Shown here piece by piece: positions 9,382 through 19,300 of a stretch of DNA of 60,972 nt. Below the pieces are notes generated by a model. The model was not told the DNA's origin. It saw only the letters and a list, made by a program, of their open reading frames with translations, and did no database searches. The stretch covers positions 1-60,972 of the forward strand of contig CAZACW010000008.1 in the NCBI GenBank assembly GCA_964483785.1, read 5' to 3'. Both the position numbers and the translations under genes were made by a program. How positions within the stretch are numbered: the stretch's first letter is position 1; every line of letters starts with the position of its first letter. Source of the DNA: an uncultured Planctomycetales bacterium. Lineage in GTDB: Bacteria > Omnitrophota > Gorgyraeia > Zapsychrales > Fredricksoniimonadaceae.

Positions 9382-10366
9382 CATCAACTGGCTGGGGGAC
9401 GCGGTTTTTTCCCTGCCTGTGTTTAAGGCGCTCAAAACCACCTATCCGCGGGCGTGCATCACCTGTTTGGGGGTACCCAGGGTGAAGGATGTCCTGGATT
9501 ACTGTCCTTATGTAGATGAATTCATCCTCTATGATGAGCGTGGAGAGCATCGCACGCCCTGGGGCAAATGGTCCTTGATCAATAATCTTAGCAAGGAAAA
9601 ATTTGACGCGGCCTTTTTATTGCACCGTTCCATGACGCGGGCCTTGATGGTGTATCTGGCCGGCATTCCCTTGCGCATCGGCTACAGCAAGACCCAGGGC
9701 CTGCTGACCCATCCCGTGGTCATGAATCCCGAGGAAGTCCATCGCTGTGATTTTTATTTGAAGGTGCTGGAAGGCTATGGGGTCAAGATCTTGGACCGCG
9801 CCTGTGAATTGAGACTTAAGCTGCCGGACATTCAGTCCTTGGATGACAAATTAAGCAGGGCCGGCCTGGGTCCTGAAGAGCCATTGATCGTGCTTAACAG
9901 CGGCGGCAACTGGGACCTTAAGCGCTGGAGCCCGGAATCCTTTGCGGCCTTGGCCAAAAGGCTCAGTGAAATTGATCCATGCAAGATCGTCCTTTCCGGC
10001 GCACAGAAGGACAGGGCATTATGCGCGCGCATTGCCGAGCTCTCCGGGGACAAGGCCGTCAGTTTGGCCGGCGAGACCAGCTTGGGCGAATCCCTGGCGC
10101 TTTATAAAAGGGCCAAGGTCCTGATTTCCGCGGATTCCGGCCCATTGCATTTGGCGCATAGTGTCGGCGGGGATGTGATCGGCATTTTCGGGCCGACCCG
10201 GCCAGAGATCACCGGGCCGCGCGGAACAGGCCGTTCGCGGATCCTTTTTAAAGAGGTAGGGTGCAATAAGGCGCCTTGTTATCATTTGGCCTGCGGCCGC
10301 AATGTCTGCATGCAGGCGGTGACGGTGGATGATGTCCTTGAAGCTTTCCAAAAATTCCAGCCCTAA
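9359..10366 (+). CDS. GT9 family glycosyltransferase (LPS heptosyltransferase-like)
   Basis: 335 aa. It has ILVVNINWLGDAVFSLPVFKALK at the N-terminus and ISADSGPLHLAHSVG near the C-terminus. Confidence 0.85.
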   Translation: MNKILVVNINWLGDAVFSLPVFKALKTTYPRACITCLGVPRVKDVLDYCPYVDEFILYDERGEHRTPWGKWSLINNLSKEKFDAAFLLHRSMTRALMVYLAGIPLRIGYSKTQGLLTHPVVMNPEEVHRCDFYLKVLEGYGVKILDRACELRLKLPDIQSLDDKLSRAGLGPEEPLIVLNSGGNWDLKRWSPESFAALAKRLSEIDPCKIVLSGAQKDRALCARIAELSGDKAVSLAGETSLGESLALYKRAKVLISADSGPLHLAHSVGGDVIGIFGPTRPEITGPRGTGRSRILFKEVGCNKAPCYHLACGRNVCMQAVTVDDVLEAFQKFQP

Positions 10367-11324
10367 ACGCATCTTGGTGATCAGCCAGACCAATATCGGG
10401 GACGTGGTGCTGACCTGTCCGGTCATCGATATTTTGTGCCGCGATTACCCTAAGGCCCGGATGGATGTGGTCATCGGCCCCAAGGCCGCGTCCTTGTTTG
10501 AGGGGAATCCTCATTTCGGCGTGAAGGTGTACAACAAGCATGCCGGCCTTGCGGGACAGATCACCTGGTTTCAAGAGCTTCAGCGCAATCATTATGATTG
10601 TGTGGTGGATTTGCGCAGGACAGCCTTAGGATTTTTTCTGATGCCGCGGTATGCGGCCCCGGTTTTTTTTCAATCCCATCAGGCGCTGGCAGGGCACAAG
10701 AAACAGATGCATCTTGACCGCCTGCGCCAGGTCCATGCCTTTGACGGGCCCGCGGCGCAAAAATCAGCTGTCGTGACTACACGAGACGATGAAATATTTT
10801 TCGAGGGCGCGGTGGCCCCGGCCCTGGCAGGCAGGTCCTTTGTGGTCATGGCCCCTGGCGCTGCCTCCTCGGAAAAACGCTGGCACGGCCAGGGCTTTGC
10901 GGCCGTGGCAGACCGCGTTTCCGGCGCGCATAAGATCGTCTTTGTGGGGGATACGCAAGATGCCCCAATCGTTGAGGAGATCCAATCCCAAATGAAATCC
11001 TCCTCGCTGTCCTTGGCCGGTAAAATCAATCTGCGCCAATTGGCCTATGTCTTAAAGCAATGCGCCTGGGCCCTGACCCATGACAGCGGGGTCATGCATC
11101 TGGCCTGTTATCTGGATACCCCGGTGATTTGCTTGTGGGGGCCTACCAACATGGAACGCTATGCGCCGTGGTCCGCTCAATCCGTGGTTGTCAGGCGCAA
11201 CGCAGATTGCCCGCGCTGTCAGGCGCCTCAGGCCAAGGCCGCGCATAACTGCATGTCCCTCATTGAGGTGGAGGATGTGATGAAAGCCATACGCAGCTTG
11301 AATGGCGGCGGAGCGGTTCTCTAA
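10329..11324 (+). CDS. GT9 family glycosyltransferase (LPS heptosyltransferase-like)
   Basis: 331 aa. It has ILVISQTNIGDVVLTCPVIDIL and THDSGVMHLACYLD. The exact start is uncertain because it overlaps the upstream gene. Confidence 0.8.
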   Translation: MMSLKLSKNSSPKRILVISQTNIGDVVLTCPVIDILCRDYPKARMDVVIGPKAASLFEGNPHFGVKVYNKHAGLAGQITWFQELQRNHYDCVVDLRRTALGFFLMPRYAAPVFFQSHQALAGHKKQMHLDRLRQVHAFDGPAAQKSAVVTTRDDEIFFEGAVAPALAGRSFVVMAPGAASSEKRWHGQGFAAVADRVSGAHKIVFVGDTQDAPIVEEIQSQMKSSSLSLAGKINLRQLAYVLKQCAWALTHDSGVMHLACYLDTPVICLWGPTNMERYAPWSAQSVVVRRNADCPRCQAPQAKAAHNCMSLIEVEDVMKAIRSLNGGGAVL

Positions 11325-11325
11325 T

Positions 11326-12336
11326 ATGAAAACATTTGGGAATATCCTTATTGTCCGCACCGACCGCATCGGCGATGTGGTCTTGACCACACCGGCCTTC
11401 AAGGCCCTGCGCCGGGCCTATCCTGCGGCGCGCATTTCCGTATTGGTCGCAGAGGCCACGCGGGATTTGGTCCAGGGCAATCCTTACATCGATGAGGTCT
11501 TGACAGATGACCGTCAAGGACAGCATCGAGGCCCATTGGGTCTCTTGCGTTTGGTCAGGCAGATCCGCTCCAAAGCTTTTGACCTTGCCATTATTTATCA
11601 TACCAAACGAAGGTATAATCTGGCTTGTGCCTTGGCCCAAATTCCTGTGCGTCTGGGCTATAAAAATGAAAAATGGGGATTTTTTCTGACCATGCCTCTT
11701 AAAGATACAAGGCCTTCAGGCCAAAAACATGAGGCCCAGTATTGCCTGGATGTTTTGAAGGCCCTTGGCATTGAGAATGACAGTTTGGACCTTTTTGTCC
11801 CGTTGCAGAAGGAGGCTGAAACCTGGGCGCTGTCCTGGATGCAGGGAGAGGGGCTGCAAAACCACGGATTTATCGTGGTTCATCCAGGCTCTTCGGATCC
11901 GGCCAAATGCTGGCCGCCGGCTGATTTTGCCTTGCTCATGGACCGGTTGATCGAACAATACGCGGTGAAAATTATCTTGATAGGATCTGCGCCGACCTTG
12001 CCCGTGGCTGAAGAAATTCTGCGCCTTATGCGCCGGCAGTCCCAGGTCATCAATAGGACCGGTAAGACAAGCCTGGCCCAGACGGTGAGCCTGCTGCGCA
12101 GGGCCAGCCTGTTAATATCCAATGATTCCGGGCCCGTGCATTTGGCAGCAGGGGTCGGCACAAGCGTGATTTCCCTGTTTTTGCGCAATCAGCCTGGGAT
12201 CAATCCCGGAAGATGGAGGCCGCTGGGCCCCAAAAGCCATTTCCTTTGCGGCGACCCGAAACCTTTCAAGGCCGAAGATGTCCTTCATCTGGCCCATCAG
12301 CTATTTCAAAAAAACAATCAATACGAAATATTTTAA
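11326..12336 (+). CDS. GT9 family glycosyltransferase (LPS heptosyltransferase-like)
   Basis: I chose the ATG at 11326, which lies 2 nt after the upstream TAA (MKTFGNILIVRTDRIGDVVLTTPAFKAL). SNDSGPVHLAAGVG is near the C-terminus. Confidence 0.85.
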   Translation: MKTFGNILIVRTDRIGDVVLTTPAFKALRRAYPAARISVLVAEATRDLVQGNPYIDEVLTDDRQGQHRGPLGLLRLVRQIRSKAFDLAIIYHTKRRYNLACALAQIPVRLGYKNEKWGFFLTMPLKDTRPSGQKHEAQYCLDVLKALGIENDSLDLFVPLQKEAETWALSWMQGEGLQNHGFIVVHPGSSDPAKCWPPADFALLMDRLIEQYAVKIILIGSAPTLPVAEEILRLMRRQSQVINRTGKTSLAQTVSLLRRASLLISNDSGPVHLAAGVGTSVISLFLRNQPGINPGRWRPLGPKSHFLCGDPKPFKAEDVLHLAHQLFQKNNQYEIF

Positions 12337-12350
12337 AAAATTGGGAAAAA

Positions 12351-12388
12351 AATTGGGACACATTGAATTAATTCAATGTGTCCCAATT
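12351..12388. terminator. Bidirectional terminator-like palindrome between convergent genes
   Basis: The perfect palindrome AATTGGGACACATTGAATT|AATTCAATGTGTCCCAATT has A/T-rich flanks. It lies between the end of the GT9 operon (+) and the end of the surface protein gene (-). Confidence 0.7.
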
Positions 12389-12391
12389 ATT

Positions 12392-15300
12392 TTAAACCCC
12401 AGCGACACAGCTGGCGTTGCTTCCGCCGTTTGTCCCAACGCACGTCCATCCCCAGACGCCATTGTTACCGTACTCACCAACGCCATTCGTAGACAAGCTG
12501 CCCACAGCGCAGAGATTGGCGATCGGCTTTGTTGGTGTCATCACCCCATTGGCACTGCCGCAGGCGGCATTGACCGCTGATCCGCTCAAGGGGGCATTGG
12601 GCGCGCTCAATTGGCTGCCGGATGATGTCAAATCCATGTTGCTGCCGTAGGTCCATCCCGGATAATCGATCCCGTTATAAAGCCAGCCAGAGGCTGCTCC
12701 GGCATAGGTCCCGGAGGCATTGATCCAGTTGTTGTCGGCAATGCCTGATGTGTTGGGAGTGCCCCCCAAATGAAAGACGGAACTCACAGGATTAGGCGGT
12801 GTTTGCCCGGGATTCAGTGTTGCGATGATGACATTGTTATTGACGCTTGCATTGGTGATGGAACCTGTAAGATTATTGTACATCTGGATCATTTCACCCG
12901 GCTGCAGGATCCAGTCGTTCTGGACAACCGTATTGAAGGCAAATTGAGGGTTATTGGACGGGCCGGCCATCCATTGGAGAAAATTCAAATGCGGGCAATT
13001 TGAAATACCTGTGCAAGGCGTCAAGGCCCCATTTTCCAACAGATTATATTGGTAGATCAGCGATCCGCCGTTACCCAGGGAAACAAAATGCTGAGGCGTG
13101 TTTTTGATCCAATTGTATTCAATGACGGCCCCAATTCCGTTGAGATTGATGATTTCGCCGAATGAGGTGTCTCCATTGGCCCCGCCGCCGTCCATGGTGT
13201 TGTAGGCGATATAGATATTGCTGGTCCCGGCGGCTTGATTCACAGGGACCCCGCCTAAGAAATAATTGCGTACAACGCTGATATTGGAGCCGGCGACATA
13301 CAGCTGAAAGCCGCCCCCTTGTACGCTAAAGTCATAACCGTCGATGGTGCAATTGTCGCTGACGTAAATTTGTTTCGATGTGTTAAAAACCGCGCAGGCA
13401 GGCAAGGCCCCCGGCGCTGTCGGGTCTTTGAGCGCCAGCCCCGCAGGCACACCGACGGCGTAATCAACGCCGGCCACGTTCCATGCCGGACGCTTGGCAT
13501 AGGCGCTGAATAAGGTGGGATGCTGGGCGTTATTACTTCCGCCAGAAGCGGCTGAACAGCCGTCAGCATAAGCCGTGCCTTGAGGACACGCATTATTGTT
13601 CGCCTGGCTGAAGGCAGCTGCCACGGCGTGGTTGGAAGTGATGTTGTTTAAAGTAAAAACATTGTTCGTCAGGACGGCGGGCAGGCCATCAATGGTCAGA
13701 TTGGCCGTATATCCGCCGGCAGGCGCCAATGTAAAGGTCTGGCTGGCCCCATAATTGACCGTGACATTGCTTGAAGGGCTCATGGTGCCGTTGCTGCCGA
13801 CGCTGACCGTGAGGGTATCTGTCTGTGCAGCGAAATTGGCGATTACGGTGTGGACCGCGATCACATTCGTCAGGGTGTAGGTATTGTTGCTTAACGTGAC
13901 GTTTGTTCCGTCGACACTAAGACTGGGCGTATATCCGGCCGCTGGTGTCAGCGTAAAGGTCTGGCTGGCCCCATAATTGACAACCACACTGCCGGTAGGG
14001 CTTATGGTCCCGTTATTGCCCCCATAGACCGTCAAGGTCACGGTCTGGATAATGGGGACCACGGACAGCGGGGAAAGGGCCGCGTCTCCCGGCATGTCGC
14101 TGTACTTGTTAAGAAAGCCCAGGCTTGTCACACCTGCCTGCTCGGTGCGGAAGGTATAGTTGGTGGCCAAGGCCACGGCTGCCCCGCCCGCGGGTGTGGC
14201 CGTAACAGAATATGTCCCCGCAGGGATATTGACTGTGAATTTGATAGTATACGCCGTACCGGCTGTATAGGCCATGGCAGCGTCTGCGGTATAATTGCTG
14301 CCGTTACGCACAACAATGGTACCGTTGTTGCTGAAAAGGACAATGGCCGCCATGTTTGTATAAGCCGAAGCCGCGGCGGATGAAAGACCGACCACGGTAT
14401 CTTCGTTATTGGCCGATGGAACAGCCGTGACCGTAGCAGTAAAAGATCCGGATTGGGCCGTGAAAGGCGTGCTGCTCCAGACACTGCTGTAAGCGATGCA
14501 CGAGGCATTGGAGCCGCCGTTGGTCCCGTTGCAGTTCCAAGTCCACGGACCGGCAGCGCCGCCGGATACGCTGGAAGCATTGCCGCTGCTGCACAAATTG
14601 CTCGTCGGGGCGCTCGCGGCTTGGCTCAGGTTCGCCGTATCGCAAGCACCATTGACAGGAGGCACTGGAACAAAGCCGGCCGCGACCGCATGACTGGAGG
14701 TAATGTTGCTTAAGGTATAACTGTTGTTGCTTAAAGTCACTGCTGTCCCATCAACCGTCAAGCTGGCAGTATAGCCCGCAGCCGGCGTCAAGGAAAAGGT
14801 CTGGCTGGCCCCATAGTTGACCGTGACATTGCCCGACGGGCTGATCGTACCATTGCTTGCAGCAGAAACAGTTAAAGTCTCTGACTGTATTGTAAAACTC
14901 GCAGTGATCGTATGATTGGCTGTAATGTTGCTTAAAGTGTAGGCATTATTGTTCAAAGAAACATTGGTGCCGTCAACGCTTAAGCTGGCATTATAACCGG
15001 CATTAGGCGTCACAGTAAATGTCTGACTTGTTCCAGCGTTAACAGTAAGCATGCCTGAAGGGCTGATCGCTCCATTACTTCCGGCACTGACAGTCAGCGT
15101 TTCTGTCTGTGTTTGAGTTGTTGCGCTGACACTGGTTGATTGCGCCGAAACATTGCCCGCCGCATCATAGGCTGCTACCGTATAAGAGTAAGTAGTTGAA
15201 GCTGACAAAGCACTGTCTGTATAGGACGTTGTGGTTGAACTGCCTACCTTTGTTCCATTACGATAAATATTGTATCCCGCGACCCCGACATTATCAGAGG

Positions 15301-15940
15301 AAGCATTCCAGCTTAAGTTAATCTGGCTGGTGGAAACGGCCGTAGCCGTCAAACCTGCCGGCTGGCTGGGCGGCGTTGTATCTGCGGGCGCATTTAAACT
15401 GATATTGGAAACCGCAGCATCACCAACGACATCGCTGTATTTATTGATATACGCCAAACTGGTGATCTTGGCTTGGGGTGAACGGAATGCGTAATTGGAC
15501 GCCAGCGTTGTTTGCGCACCGGTTGTTGATACATAAACACTGTAGGTATGCTTTGCCATGTTGACGGCCATTTGAAAATGATACGTTGTGCCCGCTGTAT
15601 AATGATAGGTCACTGCGGCACTGTAGCCGTTAAGATTCATGATATCGATATTGCCGTTGCTGTTGAAGCGTACAATGGCGGCAAGCCCAGAATACGTTGA
15701 GGCAGGCGTGTTGGAAAGACCTATAACCTGGTCTTCATTGTTGACGCAAGGTGAAGCATTAAAATATAGATTGAATGTGCCGGTCTGCGCAGTATAAGAA
15801 GAGTTGGCCCAGGTTTGGGAACTGACCAAACATTGGCCCATGTTGACTGAGGCCGCGGCATTTAAGGCAGGAGCGCAAAGAAACAGTAAAACAGCTGCAA
15901 AAATATTTCTGATGGAGAATACTTTGGATAAAGTTTTCAT
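12392..15940 (-). CDS. Large secreted surface protein with a duplicated lectin/LamG-like module, FN3, four InlB-B-repeat-like Ig modules, a right-handed beta-helix and two 4-Cys modules
   Basis: 1182 aa. Domains by aa position:
- 1-30: signal peptide (MKTLSKVFSIRNIFAAVLLFLCAPALNAAAS).
- 44-183: module A; 488-627: its paralog A'.
- 186-275: FN3-like (LTATAVSTSQINLSWNASSDNVGVAGYNIYRNG).
- Four ~70-aa repeats (TLTVSxGSNGTISPSG..VNYGASQTFTLTPAAGYTxSLxVDGT..LSNITSxHAV).
- About 855-1075: beta-helix-like (NYFLGG, IAYNTMDGGG).
- 432-481 and 1127-1178: Cys modules. Confidence 0.85.
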   Translation of the reverse strand: MKTLSKVFSIRNIFAAVLLFLCAPALNAAASVNMGQCLVSSQTWANSSYTAQTGTFNLYFNASPCVNNEDQVIGLSNTPASTYSGLAAIVRFNSNGNIDIMNLNGYSAAVTYHYTAGTTYHFQMAVNMAKHTYSVYVSTTGAQTTLASNYAFRSPQAKITSLAYINKYSDVVGDAAVSNISLNAPADTTPPSQPAGLTATAVSTSQINLSWNASSDNVGVAGYNIYRNGTKVGSSTTTSYTDSALSASTTYSYTVAAYDAAGNVSAQSTSVSATTQTQTETLTVSAGSNGAISPSGMLTVNAGTSQTFTVTPNAGYNASLSVDGTNVSLNNNAYTLSNITANHTITASFTIQSETLTVSAASNGTISPSGNVTVNYGASQTFSLTPAAGYTASLTVDGTAVTLSNNSYTLSNITSSHAVAAGFVPVPPVNGACDTANLSQAASAPTSNLCSSGNASSVSGGAAGPWTWNCNGTNGGSNASCIAYSSVWSSTPFTAQSGSFTATVTAVPSANNEDTVVGLSSAAASAYTNMAAIVLFSNNGTIVVRNGSNYTADAAMAYTAGTAYTIKFTVNIPAGTYSVTATPAGGAAVALATNYTFRTEQAGVTSLGFLNKYSDMPGDAALSPLSVVPIIQTVTLTVYGGNNGTISPTGSVVVNYGASQTFTLTPAAGYTPSLSVDGTNVTLSNNTYTLTNVIAVHTVIANFAAQTDTLTVSVGSNGTMSPSSNVTVNYGASQTFTLAPAGGYTANLTIDGLPAVLTNNVFTLNNITSNHAVAAAFSQANNNACPQGTAYADGCSAASGGSNNAQHPTLFSAYAKRPAWNVAGVDYAVGVPAGLALKDPTAPGALPACAVFNTSKQIYVSDNCTIDGYDFSVQGGGFQLYVAGSNISVVRNYFLGGVPVNQAAGTSNIYIAYNTMDGGGANGDTSFGEIINLNGIGAVIEYNWIKNTPQHFVSLGNGGSLIYQYNLLENGALTPCTGISNCPHLNFLQWMAGPSNNPQFAFNTVVQNDWILQPGEMIQMYNNLTGSITNASVNNNVIIATLNPGQTPPNPVSSVFHLGGTPNTSGIADNNWINASGTYAGAASGWLYNGIDYPGWTYGSNMDLTSSGSQLSAPNAPLSGSAVNAACGSANGVMTPTKPIANLCAVGSLSTNGVGEYGNNGVWGWTCVGTNGGSNASCVAGV

Positions 15941-15970
15941 ATATAAAGCCCTCTATAAGGCAAACAAGTT

Positions 15971-16005
15971 AATAATAAACCCGGCATGTGAAAAACACAC
16001 CCGGG
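15971..16005 (-). terminator. Intrinsic terminator hairpin (putative riboswitch expression platform)
   Basis: On the minus strand, the hairpin CCCGGGUGUG-UUUUU-CACAUGCCGGG is followed by UUUAUUAUU. It lies between the GEMM-I aptamer and the SD (GAGGG) / ATG of the surface protein gene. Confidence 0.65.
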
Positions 16006-16017
16006 CAATCCTCCGTT

Positions 16018-16121
16018 GTTCTTTGCAGTTCGGCTGTCTTTTCCCATACAAAATCAAGGGATTTAGACCCGATCCTTTGCGTCCTAAGGTTTCCCTCAGT
16101 TTGCCCTAAATTCTAAAGAAC
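16018..16121 (-). promoter_or_regulatory. c-di-GMP-I (GEMM-I) riboswitch aptamer
   Basis: The minus-strand RNA reads GUUCUUU AGAAUUUAG GGCAAAC UGAGG GAAA CCUUA GGACGCAAAG GAUCGGGUCUAAAUCCC..GGGAAAAGACAGCCGA ACUGC AAAGAAC.
- It carries the class signatures GGCAAAC, a hairpin capped by a GAAA tetraloop, GACGCAAAG, and CGGGUCU...AGACAGCCG.
- A 7-bp P1 helix (GUUCUUU/AAAGAAC) closes the fold.
- The motif order and spacing match my recollection of the V. cholerae Vc2 aptamer. Confidence 0.85.
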
Positions 16122-16318
16122 TTATACTACAATATAAAAGTAACATATGTTTGGGGATGGTGCAAATCAGGGGATGTCAAAAAATATGTAACTACATATA
16201 AATAAACAATTTATGAAAATAATAAATTTGTGTTAAGGCCCAAGATAATTAGGGAACGCACCTATGGAACACACAAAAATTGGCGCAAATAGCATTCGGC
16301 AGGTATACTTAGGCTATA

Positions 16319-19300
16319 ATGCTAAAGGATATAAATCTAAAAATTACTATAACCTCAGGGCTTCTTATTGCCTTTTTGGCAAATACGTTTGGGATCTTTT
16401 CCGTGGCCCAAGCGCAGGAATTCATGTTGCCCAAGCCAGGGGTCATGGTGCCGTTAAGCCCTGCCTTTAACCCTCCGGTCCTTAAAGGCCTCAAAGTCCA
16501 TCCAAACAATCCATTCAGATTTGATTTTATTCTGGATAAAGGCGATAGCCGGTTAGGCAATGACCAGCTTAAAACCGAATCAACCAGGCTGATTAAATAT
16601 TTTCTGGCCTCTTTGACCATTCCTGAAAAAGACCTTTGGGTCAATCTCTCGCCATACGAAAAAGACCGCATTATCCCGCAATCATTTGGCTTAACGGAAA
16701 TGGGCCGTGATCTTTTGGCTGAGGATTACATGCTTAAACAAATTACAGCCAGCTTGATTTATCCAGAAGGTGAAACCGGCAAGCGATTTTGGCGGCGAGT
16801 TTATGTCGAAGCAGCCAAAAGATTTGGGACAACGAATATTCAAGTGAATACTTTCAACAAGGTGTGGATCGTTCCGGAAAAAGCGGTTGTCTTTGAGAAT
16901 GCCAAGGCAAAAACAGCTTATGTGGTTGAATCAAGATTAAAAGTCATGCTTGAACAGGATTATCTTTCACTTGAAAAACACGAGGGTATACAAAGCATTG
17001 CTTCTGTGACTAAGAATACAAATCAAATAGGCAGCCAAATTGTCCGAGAAATTGTGATTCCTGAATTGACCAAGGAAGTCAATCAAGACAAAAATTTTTC
17101 TCAACTGCGCCAAGTCTATCATTCATTGATTCTGGCCACCTGGTACAAGAAGAAAATCAAAGACAGTATTTTAGCGGCGGTCTATGAAAACAGAAATAAA
17201 GTCGCCGGTGTTAACAACGACGATCCAAAGGAAAAAGAACGGATTTATGAACGGTACTTAGAAGCTTTTAAAAAGGGGTCATATAACTATATTAAAGAAG
17301 AAATCGATCCGTTAACACAGCAGAGTGTCCCTAGAAAGTATTTTTCAGGGGGCCTGACAATGGATCAACAGGCCATGGATAAAGCAATGATTATAAAAGA
17401 TATATTCCGGCCAAGCATGTTAAAGAAAAGTCCAATTAGCTCAGGGATGATGTTAATTGGGGCTTCTATGTTCATCGCTTCACAAGTTAATTCTATTCAA
17501 TATCCAAATCTGGCGGGAGTGGGTGGAGCGTTAGGTGTGGTCTTGTATTTTGTGTCGTATTGTATGGTTTTTGTGGTTCCAAAAATAAATCCTTATCATA
17601 TTATGACATCGAAGCAAGCGCGTTATAGCTCAACGGGGGCCAGAGAATTAACAGAGGCTGATTTTTATTTAATAACGTATGGAAGAATTAATTTTTCAGA
17701 GGCTTTAAAAAATAGAAATTTCGAGCAGGCGGGACAAATCGTTCGAGCTTTGAATACATTGATAATGGACAATCCATACGTTGGAACTTCCGATTTAAAA
17801 GAGGAAATCAATTCAATGTACGGTGAATTGTGGGATGCTGAGCATTCCGATAGCCGTGCCGGGACGGATTATAATGGATATTACGCCACCATAGGGGTTG
17901 AACGTCATGCATCCCCTGAAGTCATCACCGGTACCTATAGAAGGAAGGCCCGTAGAGTTCATCCTGATGTTCCAGGGACCGGATCTGCCCCGGAGTTTTT
18001 GAAGCTCAAAGAAGCTTATGATGTTTTAAACGACCCGGAAAAAAGAAAGATGTACGACCAAGGCAAATGGCCAAAGAAAGAAGATCAGGCGCAGACAATT
18101 GATGCGGCGATGAATGTGGATAAAAAAGCCATTGCAGCAACCGAGGCAACATCTGGAAAAACAGCCTTATTTGAGAAATTTTTAGAAGATTTGAGAGAGC
18201 AATTAGCAGGTAGTTATTTGACAATGCCGTTAAGGGATGGGCGTAATTTGACATTGCAATTGCAGTTAAATTCCGGGGGTTGGTTTTTTGCTGTCGATGT
18301 CTATCCATTTGACATTAAAAATGAGACGGAAATCAGAATAGGAAGAGGCCAATTTTCTGCATTGGAACCAGTATTCAATATTGAACCATCAAATCATTTT
18401 TTAGCTTCAAGAAAGACAATAGGGAAAATACTTTTTATGGTTAGAGTGGATGCACAAGGTAACCCCATTATACTGTTTGAAGAAAACCAGCCTAGTTTGG
18501 GTTTTAGAATGATCCCTTTAAAGCAACAGGAATTGTTTTTCAATTGGATTGAAGTTGTTCAACAGAGGATCATGAACATAGCGTATCAACTGGGTGCAGT
18601 CAATTTTTACGCGCATACTGCTGAGTACATAAAAGAATCATATCCATCGATTAGCGAAGTTAATTTGGACTTAAATTACAGAAGGGTTAATAGTGTCAAG
18701 AAGGGTTGGAAAAAAACGGAGTTGGACATTTTTAACAATGGCAAGAAACAAGAAGTATGGCGCTATACAGGTTTTGATACAGCCATGAATTCATTATTAA
18801 ATGATGCGCTTAGGGCCTTAAAGGCACAGCAAAATGATCAGTTTAAAACCAAAATAGTGGCATTCATGGAGCAATTGATTGTTGAACAGAAAGAGCACGG
18901 TATCAGCCACTGGCAAGTGGTAGAACCCTTCAAGGACCTGATTGAGTACGTTGAAAATCCGTCGACCCCAGTTGCCCAATTGCGATTTTTGGAAGAAATT
19001 TCCCAACAGCTTCGTCCATATCAAGCTGATTTGCGCATCGCCGCTCCTTTGGGAATATTGGTCTCCAGCATTAAACGCTATAGAACCAAGGAATGGGGTG
19101 GGATGAATGATTTAAATGCTTTAACAAATCTTAACGCACTTTTGGATAATCAATTGTTGTCCGCTTATCAAAGAAAGATTGTCAGTGATGCCAGGGCAGG
19201 TTTAGCGGATGGTTCATGGCACCCGGGAATTAACCCATTGTCCCAAATGTTGGATGAATACCGTAGGATGATCCTTTTAGAAGATGGTTTGGATTTTCCG

